Below, piece after piece: positions 57,479 to 64,000 of a stretch of DNA of 64,000 nt. Location: positions 1 through 64,000 of the forward strand of contig CAYWZA010000003.1 in assembly GCA_964462785.1 (NCBI GenBank), in the 5' to 3' direction. The notes under the pieces are model-generated. The model had not been told where the DNA came from. It did no database searches and saw nothing but the letters and a program-made list of their open reading frames with translations. The DNA is from an uncultured Candidatus Saccharibacteria bacterium (lineage in GTDB: Bacteria; Patescibacteriota; Minisyncoccia; Phycocordibacterales; UBA2100). A program made the position numbers and the translations under genes. Numbering within the stretch: position 1 is the first letter of the stretch; each line of letters starts with the position of its first letter.

Positions 57479-57644
57479 CGCCCGCATGTATTTTTGAGGA
57501 TTGCGAAAGCGGGCTAGAGATACAAGGTGACGGAGCAGAAAAACTCAACCGTCCAAGCCGGAGGGCGCGTTTTGCGTTTTTCGTCGCGGAGGTGCCTATG
57601 TATCTCAGTACGCGAAGCATTCTCCTCAAAAATGCATGCGGGCG
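57479..57644. repeat. MITE-like hairpin element
   Basis: 22-bp IR (1 mismatch) CGCCCGCATGTATTTTTGAGGA / TCCTCAAAAATGCATGCGGGCG. Confidence 0.65.
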
Positions 57645-57656
57645 AACCGAGCGACA

Positions 57657-58865
57657 CTATTTGTATCTAATGGCGTCTAGGGGGTTGATTTTAGCGGCGC
57701 GGCGCGCAGGAAAGAGACCGGTGAGAAAGCCAACCCCCGCAGAGAATACTGCAATGAAAGTGATGAATGATAGCGGATATCTGAACAGGCTCACTGCTTC
57801 ACCACCGAAATTGCCTGCGGCAACGGCAAGCAATCCGTTGAGTATCACCCCGATGCCAACCCCGATACCGATACCGACAACACCTCCGAGGAATCCCACA
57901 ATAAGTGCTTCGGAAACGAACAGGATGACGATATCGCGTGACGACGCGCCGATGGTACGCATGACGCCGATTTCCGCAGTACGTTCAAGAAGTGTCACCG
58001 TCATTGTGTTGAACATGCCGATTGCAGAGACGGTAAGCGCGATCCCACCAAAGACCGCGAGCACCGCTTGAATGCCTTGGAAAATTTTGTTTGCTTGCTC
58101 GACTGTTTTTGAAAGCGCGGTCACGACGAATCCCTGTGCGATGATGCTATCTTGCACCGGTACTAATGAGTCGCTATCGAGGACGCGCACCTGCACGCGC
58201 TCATAAAATGGAATCTGGAAGTATGTCGAAAATTCATCGAGCGGAATGATGGATACGAGCGACGCCTCGTCGCTGGTCACCGCTTTAATTTTATATTCTT
58301 TATTGATCGGCACTTCAGTGACATCTTCGCTCCCCTCTTGCTTTACGAACACCCGAAACGTGATGCGTTTACCAATTGCATCTTCGGGATTTTCCAATCC
58401 AAAGAGTTTGAGCATCGCGATGGAGATAATTGCGGTGTCGCGATCTTCGAATGCAGTGTCAATCGAGAATAATTCCCCCGCCGATGCCTTGCCTCCAGTG
58501 TAGAGAAAGTAGGAAGGCTTCATGCCCTGCAGCGTGGTGTTGCCGGTGAGTCCTTCAAACGTCACTAAGGCGGGAAAACTTGCCATAGGCGAGATATCTT
58601 TCACCAACTCATTTGCAGCTATGGCGTCCACGGTCGCCTGGTCAAGCTTCACCGTAAGCGACGGCGGGTTTGCCACATTCAAGCTGAGGAGTGTCTCACC
58701 AAAGACGATGCGCTCAAGGATGATCCCTTGCAAACCAAAGCCCAAACCCACCAACGTGACCACCGCGCCCGTGCCGACGCCCATGCCCAAAATCGTGAGC
58801 CAAGTACGCGACGGGTTTGTCTTAAACATGCGCGTCGAGAGCATCAAAATATCCTTCATTTGCAT
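57657..58865 (-). CDS. MacB/FtsX-type ABC transporter permease
   Basis: RTWLTILGMGVG; ERTAEIGVMRTIGA; PARRAAKINPLDAIRY. Confidence 0.93.
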   Translation of the reverse strand: MQMKDILMLSTRMFKTNPSRTWLTILGMGVGTGAVVTLVGLGFGLQGIILERIVFGETLLSLNVANPPSLTVKLDQATVDAIAANELVKDISPMASFPALVTFEGLTGNTTLQGMKPSYFLYTGGKASAGELFSIDTAFEDRDTAIISIAMLKLFGLENPEDAIGKRITFRVFVKQEGSEDVTEVPINKEYKIKAVTSDEASLVSIIPLDEFSTYFQIPFYERVQVRVLDSDSLVPVQDSIIAQGFVVTALSKTVEQANKIFQGIQAVLAVFGGIALTVSAIGMFNTMTVTLLERTAEIGVMRTIGASSRDIVILFVSEALIVGFLGGVVGIGIGVGIGVILNGLLAVAAGNFGGEAVSLFRYPLSFITFIAVFSAGVGFLTGLFPARRAAKINPLDAIRYK

Positions 58866-58871
58866 ACTGTT

Positions 58872-60218
58872 TTACGAATGAGCGCCCAAGAGTTCGTTAG
58901 GCTTAATGACATATCCTCCCTGCGCAATTAATTTCTCAAGATATCGGGAAATGAGGTACGCCTTATCGGTATCGAACGCCATGCCGCCCAAATGGAGCGG
59001 GAGTGAGAGCCGCCTTTCAAAATCGTCCCCCGTGATGATGCCGCCGACGCGCTCAGCAACGCTCTCCTGCAAGACCTTAAGCTGATCCGCGGATGCATGT
59101 AATTCAATTTCCCCTTTGATATACGTTAAAACGCTTTCAATAAATTTCTGTTGATGCAGAAACATATCGTCGTGGTGCATTTCCTCGCGAAACTTTGCGA
59201 CATCGCGCGAGTAATTCACCAACGTAAAAAGATTTTTTGCGATGCGACTCACCTCTTCCGCATGCATACCCACTCCCCCGTTCACGATAGGTTTCAACAA
59301 ATATTCTGCAAACATCTCCTCATCCATAGTGCCTTTGATAACTTCAAGCACTGCTTTTTCGAGCCGCTCGATTTGCGTGAAGCCAATACTCTGCGTCGCA
59401 AAGTTCACCAAACTTTTCACTTTGAGTTCAATCGGCTCGGCATAGGGATAGAGACGTGCGAGCTGTTCAATCTCAGTAACGATGGTCTCGCCGGGCTTTA
59501 CGCGTTTGATCTGCGGCTTTTCCGGATTCACCACAATGCGACGCAACACCCCATCGCGCATATAAAAGACGCGGTGTGCATACGGCAAATATTTGGCATC
59601 GTGCGTGACGAGAATCACCGTCTTTCTATCTTTCTCGTTAATCTCCTCGAAACTGTCCATAACGTGCTCGGCGGAGATACTGTCGAGGTTTCCCACCGGC
59701 TCATCAGCAAGCAAAATCTCGGGGTCGTTCACCAACGCGCGCGCCACGGCGACGCGCTGCTGCTGCCCACCGGACATGAGGATGGGAAGCTTCTTTTCGA
59801 GCATGTCATTGATGCCAAAACGCCGCAGCAATACCCGCGCGCGATCATTACGCTCCGCAACGGTTTTGTTCAAAAACACCATGGGGAGCGCCACGTTGTC
59901 GAGCACGGTGATTGAGGAAATGAGGTTGAACTGCTGGTACACGATGCCGATAGTGGTTTGCTGGTAGGCGTTCATTTCTGCGGGCGTATAGCGATAAATA
60001 TCTTCGCCGCGCACCAGCATGCGCCCATCCGCAGGCGGCACACCACCAAGAATCGTATAGAGCAGTGTCGATTTCCCACAGCCTGAGGGACCGAACAGAA
60101 TAATGTATTCGCGCGGATAAATTTCTACATTGATATTCTTGAGTGCATTGAATTCATTCGCCAAACCCTTGTTGTAGGTGATGAACATTTTATCCGTCTG
60201 CACTGATGTCTTCGACAT
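58872..60218 (-). CDS. ABC transporter ATP-binding protein (LolD/MacB-type) with long C-terminal extension
   Basis: GPSGCGKST, MSGGQQQR, LLADEP, VTHD; ~210 extra C-terminal residues. Confidence 0.93.
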   Translation of the reverse strand: MSKTSVQTDKMFITYNKGLANEFNALKNINVEIYPREYIILFGPSGCGKSTLLYTILGGVPPADGRMLVRGEDIYRYTPAEMNAYQQTTIGIVYQQFNLISSITVLDNVALPMVFLNKTVAERNDRARVLLRRFGINDMLEKKLPILMSGGQQQRVAVARALVNDPEILLADEPVGNLDSISAEHVMDSFEEINEKDRKTVILVTHDAKYLPYAHRVFYMRDGVLRRIVVNPEKPQIKRVKPGETIVTEIEQLARLYPYAEPIELKVKSLVNFATQSIGFTQIERLEKAVLEVIKGTMDEEMFAEYLLKPIVNGGVGMHAEEVSRIAKNLFTLVNYSRDVAKFREEMHHDDMFLHQQKFIESVLTYIKGEIELHASADQLKVLQESVAERVGGIITGDDFERRLSLPLHLGGMAFDTDKAYLISRYLEKLIAQGGYVIKPNELLGAHS

Positions 60219-60252
60219 ACATACAGTGTAGCAAACCAAATGCTCTGCATGA

Positions 60253-61194
60253 TTATGTTATTCGTATGCCGCTCGTACTCGGCACCACAGTCACTTCTTC
60301 GGTGAGTGTAATTCCATCTGTGGCTTCCACCGCCCTCTTAGAGAGCCGCGCGAGCTCGCACACGTGCGCCGCTGTTGCACCGCCGGTATTCAAAAAATAA
60401 TTTGCATGGTGCATGCTTGATTGCGCTCCGCCGACATGCATCCCGCGCACATTGGCACGATCCAAAAGCCATCCTGCCGGCACGCGACCCTCACGACTCG
60501 TCTGCCCTTCACGCTCATACACCGCACGTATCTGATCGGGCACAACTGGATTCACAAAAAATGATCCGGCGCTTTGTATGTCTTGTATATGCTTGCGCTC
60601 GCGCGCAGCGATGGTTTCCGCAGCGATGCGTTCTATCTCAGGAGCAGAGCCGTGCGTAAGACGCAATGTCACTTGTGTAATGACCCATTCGGGATGCGCC
60701 TTGAATATACTTTCCCGATACCCGAATGCGCATGCCGCTGTATTGAACATGCGCTCAGTGTTCGCAGCCCCATCATAGACGCGCACCGACTCCACAATAT
60801 CTTTCATTTCGATGCCAAATGCGCCAGCATTGCCGCGCACTGCGCCGCCGATTGATCCGGGTATGCCCGCGAATTTCTCGAGCCCAGATAGACCAGCGGC
60901 CGCAGACGCTTCTACGACTCGCATAAGCGGGGCGCCTGCAGCGCTCGTGATTGTTTCGCCCTGCGTGCTGACGCGATCGTCCTTCATGAGAACAACCAGT
61001 CCGTTAAAACCCTCATCGGGAAACAGCGTATTGCTTCCGCCTCCGAGCACAAAACTCTCAATGCCGCGTTCGTGCGCGAACCGCAGCGCGGCAATGAGTT
61101 CATCTTCGTTGCTCACCTCGGCAAGCCACTGTGCTGCACCGCCGATATTGAACGTCGTGAGTGGAGCCAGCGCTACGTGTTCTCGTATCTGCAT
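60253..61194 (-). CDS. murB: UDP-N-acetylenolpyruvoylglucosamine reductase
   Basis: TTFNIGG, LGGGSN, GIPGSIGGAVRGNAGA, FGYRES, SAGSFF.NP, HANY. Confidence 0.96.
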   Translation of the reverse strand: MQIREHVALAPLTTFNIGGAAQWLAEVSNEDELIAALRFAHERGIESFVLGGGSNTLFPDEGFNGLVVLMKDDRVSTQGETITSAAGAPLMRVVEASAAAGLSGLEKFAGIPGSIGGAVRGNAGAFGIEMKDIVESVRVYDGAANTERMFNTAACAFGYRESIFKAHPEWVITQVTLRLTHGSAPEIERIAAETIAARERKHIQDIQSAGSFFVNPVVPDQIRAVYEREGQTSREGRVPAGWLLDRANVRGMHVGGAQSSMHHANYFLNTGGATAAHVCELARLSKRAVEATDGITLTEEVTVVPSTSGIRIT

Positions 61195-61201
61195 GAGTAT
61201 G

Positions 61202-62500
61202 TTATTCGTACTCTTCTATATGAGCACCGAGCTCTTTGAGCCGCTCATGTAAATTCTCATAGCCGCGATTGATGAGATACGTATTACGCAAATGCGATTC
61301 GCCCTTTGCGGCGAGCATGCCAATGAGGAGCATCGAGGCGGGGCGTAGCGCGGGCGGCGAATCGATATGCGCGGGGCGTAGCGGCGTCGGCCCGCGCACT
61401 GAGACGCGATGCGGGTCATAGAGTGTTATGTTTGCTCCCAGTTTGTTCATCTCCGTAAAATACAGCGCACGATTTTCATACACCCAATCGTGAATGAGTG
61501 TTTTGCCATCAGCCTGCGTCGCGACTGGCACAAAGAGCGGTAGATTATCAATATTGAGTCCCGGATACGGCATGGGGGCAATTTTTTCGTCTACCGCAAC
61601 GAGCGCTGATGGCTTCACGGTGATATCGACGAGCTGCACGCGACCATTGTTGCCAGTACTCCGTTCAGTACGGGAAAAGGCGAGCCCCATTTTAGCGAGT
61701 CGCACAAGCTCGAGATCGAGAAAATCTATCGGCGCGCGGCGAATCGTTATTTCTGCGCCGGCGGTCGCCGCAAGCGAAAGGAAAAACATCGCCTCAATAG
61801 GATCTTCGCTAGGCTCTCCTTCTGCGCGCATATCTATATGATCAACGCCGCGCACAATGAGTGTGGACGTACCAATACCCTCAATGCGTACACCGAGTTT
61901 TTCTAAAAACACACACAGATCCTGCACCATGTAATTCGCCGAAGCGAAACGAATGGTCGTGACGCCGGGAATAAGCGCCGCTGCCATGAGTGCATTTTCA
62001 ACACCGGTGTCACTCGCCTCATACATCACGATATCTGCGGGATGTTTTTTCTTTGCCTCAACATACCAGCCTTCTTTCGTGCCGCGCATCTCAATACCAA
62101 GCGCTTTGAGTGCATCGATGTGCGCTGTGAGTGAACGATTGCCCAATACGCATCCTCCGGGAACCGGTACCACAAAACTTTCTTCCCAATGCGAAAGCGC
62201 CCCCACGAGCATGGCAATAGAGCGTGTGCGTCCCGCGGCCTTTTTATCGATGCGATCAAGCCGCAATCGCTCCGGCGGCGTGATGGTGAGTGTATTATGC
62301 CTCCCCCACTTCACCGATACGCCAATGCTGCGCAGTACTTCGATAAGGCGATTCACTTCTTCGATGCGCGGCATGCGCATGAGTGTGGTCGTACCACGAT
62401 TCAAGAGCGATGCGCACAGGAGCGCCACCGCAGCATTTTTAGAAGTATTCACGGCAATCGAGCCGCTCAATTTTCTGCCGCCGTGTACTTTGTAGTTCAT
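61202..62500 (-). CDS. murA: UDP-N-acetylglucosamine 1-carboxyvinyltransferase
   Basis: SKNAA, PGGCVLGNR, PYPG, INRGYE; start MNYKVHGG at 62500. Confidence 0.93.
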   Translation of the reverse strand: MNYKVHGGRKLSGSIAVNTSKNAAVALLCASLLNRGTTTLMRMPRIEEVNRLIEVLRSIGVSVKWGRHNTLTITPPERLRLDRIDKKAAGRTRSIAMLVGALSHWEESFVVPVPGGCVLGNRSLTAHIDALKALGIEMRGTKEGWYVEAKKKHPADIVMYEASDTGVENALMAAALIPGVTTIRFASANYMVQDLCVFLEKLGVRIEGIGTSTLIVRGVDHIDMRAEGEPSEDPIEAMFFLSLAATAGAEITIRRAPIDFLDLELVRLAKMGLAFSRTERSTGNNGRVQLVDITVKPSALVAVDEKIAPMPYPGLNIDNLPLFVPVATQADGKTLIHDWVYENRALYFTEMNKLGANITLYDPHRVSVRGPTPLRPAHIDSPPALRPASMLLIGMLAAKGESHLRNTYLINRGYENLHERLKELGAHIEEYE

Positions 62501-62518
62501 GGTTTGTGCATTTTTGTG

Positions 62519-62602
62519 TGGGCACGAGAAGACTCGAACTTCCAAGAGGTTGCCCTCACTAGCTCCTGAAGCTAGCGCGTCTACCAATTCCGCCACGTGC
62601 CC
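62519..62602 (-). tRNA. tRNA-Leu(CAG)
   Basis: GGGCACG acceptor; anticodon arm CTAGC-TTCAGGA-GCTAG; long variable arm; TTCGAGT. Confidence 0.93.
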
Positions 62603-62680
62603 TTACTTCTGCATTGTATATGCTGGCAACGAAAAAGAGGAGGGCTTGTGACCCTCCTCCAGTAATGTCCGCTTGTGGAC

Positions 62681-62950
62681 CTAAGCGAGGACGACTTTCG
62701 TCGCCTTGAGTCCCGGCTTACCCGTCTTCGGGTTGACATCCTCTTCGAACGCCACCTGGACTTTCTGCCCCACCTTTAGAGGCTCGACGCCGAGGGTCGG
62801 TCCGTGTGCGAACACGTCCTTCCCGCCAACGTCGATAAAGCCCCAACTGTACGAGCCCTTCTCGCTCGTACCGCTGTTCCACTTCTTGACTGTCCCCGGC
62901 GCCATCTTGGGTGCAGTTTCGGTCGTAGCGGTTTTATTACGTCCAAACAT
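62681..62950 (-). CDS. Cold-shock domain protein
   Basis: GTVKKWN...WGFI...DVFAH...GQKV...KATKV. Confidence 0.85.
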   Translation of the reverse strand: MFGRNKTATTETAPKMAPGTVKKWNSGTSEKGSYSWGFIDVGGKDVFAHGPTLGVEPLKVGQKVQVAFEEDVNPKTGKPGLKATKVVLA

Positions 62951-63083
62951 TCTTTTCTTCCTTTTTCAATTACCGTCAATCTATTCGACGGCATCAATAT
63001 TATATCACATTCAAACTTTTGTGCAAATCGCTCTGTGGGTCTTTGTTTTGTGCCTGTGAAATAAGAGTTGGTACCGCCCTGCG

Positions 63084-63157
63084 TGCGCGTGATAGGACTC
63101 GAACCTATGACCTCGTCATTATCAGTGACGTGCTCTAACCAGCTGAGCTACACGCGC
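63084..63157 (-). tRNA. tRNA-Ile(GAU)
   Basis: GCGCGTG acceptor; CGTCA-CTGATAA-TGACG anticodon arm; TTCGAGT. Confidence 0.95.
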
Positions 63158-63219
63158 ACGCAAAGTACTACAAAGACTCTTATTCTCCCCCGAGCGACAG
63201 GTTTATATGCTGCGCATAT

Positions 63220-63256
63220 TCAGTGACGTGCTCTAACCAGCTGAGCTACACACGCA
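63220..63256 (-). repeat. Direct-repeat copy of the 5' half of tRNA-Ile(GAU)
   Basis: 63220-63256 matches 63122-63158 with one mismatch; identity ends within the anticodon. Confidence 0.9.
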
Positions 63257-63379
63257 GCTTCTGCAATATAGCAAAAACTCTTGCATTTGTGTAGTTTTTG
63301 TCCTCCCTACACTTTTTGCCTTATGCGGTAAAAAGTGTGCGGGCGTGTACCTGACGCAGAGCTGCTGTACACTATAGAC

Positions 63380-63955
63380 GTGGCTTTGTACGAAAAAATT
63401 CCCGCATGGGCATATGCAACCGGCATTGCAGGTGTGTTTGTGGTGCTGGTGGGAAGTATGTACGCAATGGGTCATGTACCGATATGCAAATGCGGATACA
63501 TAAAACTGTGGCATGGGATTGTGGTGAGCTCGGAGAATTCGCAGCATATCTCCGATTGGTATTCTTTCTCGCACATCATCCATGGATTTATTTTTTACTG
63601 GATCGCATGGCTTCTCTTTCCAAAATCTCCAGTGCTCTTTCGCCTGTTACTCGCACTGTCCGTCGAAGTGGCGTGGGAATTGTTTGAAAACACTGATTTC
63701 ATCATCAATCGCTACCGTGAAGCAACCATCTCGCTCGATTACTACGGTGACAGCATCATCAATTCAGTGATGGACACCGCATTTGCGCTGCTGGGTTTTC
63801 TGATGGCGTGGCGGCTGCCGATCGTAATCACGATAGCGCTCATGCTCGCGATGGAAATATGTGTCGGCTGGTATATCCACGACAACCTGCTGCTCAACAT
63901 CATTATGCTCATCCATCCGTTTCAATTTATCCTAGATTGGCAAGCGAGCACCTGA
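63380..63955 (+). CDS. DUF2585 (UPF0314) family membrane protein
   Basis: ICKCGYIKLWHG..SSENSQHISDWY.FSHIIHG, WE..EN...IINRYR, Y.GDS..NS; GTG start after TACACT. Confidence 0.9.
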   Translation: MALYEKIPAWAYATGIAGVFVVLVGSMYAMGHVPICKCGYIKLWHGIVVSSENSQHISDWYSFSHIIHGFIFYWIAWLLFPKSPVLFRLLLALSVEVAWELFENTDFIINRYREATISLDYYGDSIINSVMDTAFALLGFLMAWRLPIVITIALMLAMEICVGWYIHDNLLLNIIMLIHPFQFILDWQAST

Positions 63956-64000
63956 ATTCAACTTCGAAGTGCAACACTCCATGCTTGTAATGGCGTCTTA

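Noticed and set aside
62501-62596. N-terminal extension of MurA
   Set aside because: It is the translation of the tRNA-Leu gene; the real start is 62500
1-64000. Alternative genetic code (UGA = Gly, code 25)
   Set aside because: Conserved genes are full length under code 11 and several end in TGA at the expected positions

Overview
This 64 kb window looks like a small-genome Patescibacteria (CPR, Parcubacteria-like) chromosome read with genetic code 11; that assignment is inferred from gene content and style. (1) 1-~4900 is an AT-rich island with a truncated ParB-domain gene, a TdeIII-family type II restriction-modification pair behind a LexA-like repressor, and small divergent genes. It ends in a scar that fuses two broken genes. 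(2) ~5000-35700 is backbone (recG, ftsH, smpB, tmRNA, infC-rpmI-rplT, ndk, VirD4-like ATPase, map, adk, two gmk, tRNA-Ile(UAU)) interspersed with single accessory genes, a free-standing LAGLIDADG nuclease and tandem M15 peptidases. The smpB-ssrA spacer holds an unusual array of inverted-repeat-enclosed mini-ORFs alternating with near-perfect palindromes. (3) 35808-57248 is a ~21.5 kb cell-surface cluster and the best candidate for an undescribed system. It combines WxL/pilin-like subunits, four DUF916/DUF3324-like membrane partners, cohesin and dockerin proteins with no recognisable glycoside hydrolase, and a phage-tail-fibre-like adhesin; it is flanked by a TlpA and a MacB-type ABC exporter. 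(4) The end holds murB, murA, tRNA-Leu, a cold-shock protein, tRNA-Ile(GAU) with a duplicated 5' half, and DUF2585. Six MITE-like hairpin elements and pervasive leaderless-type promoters are also visible. All family assignments come from motif recognition by eye; no database searches were run.
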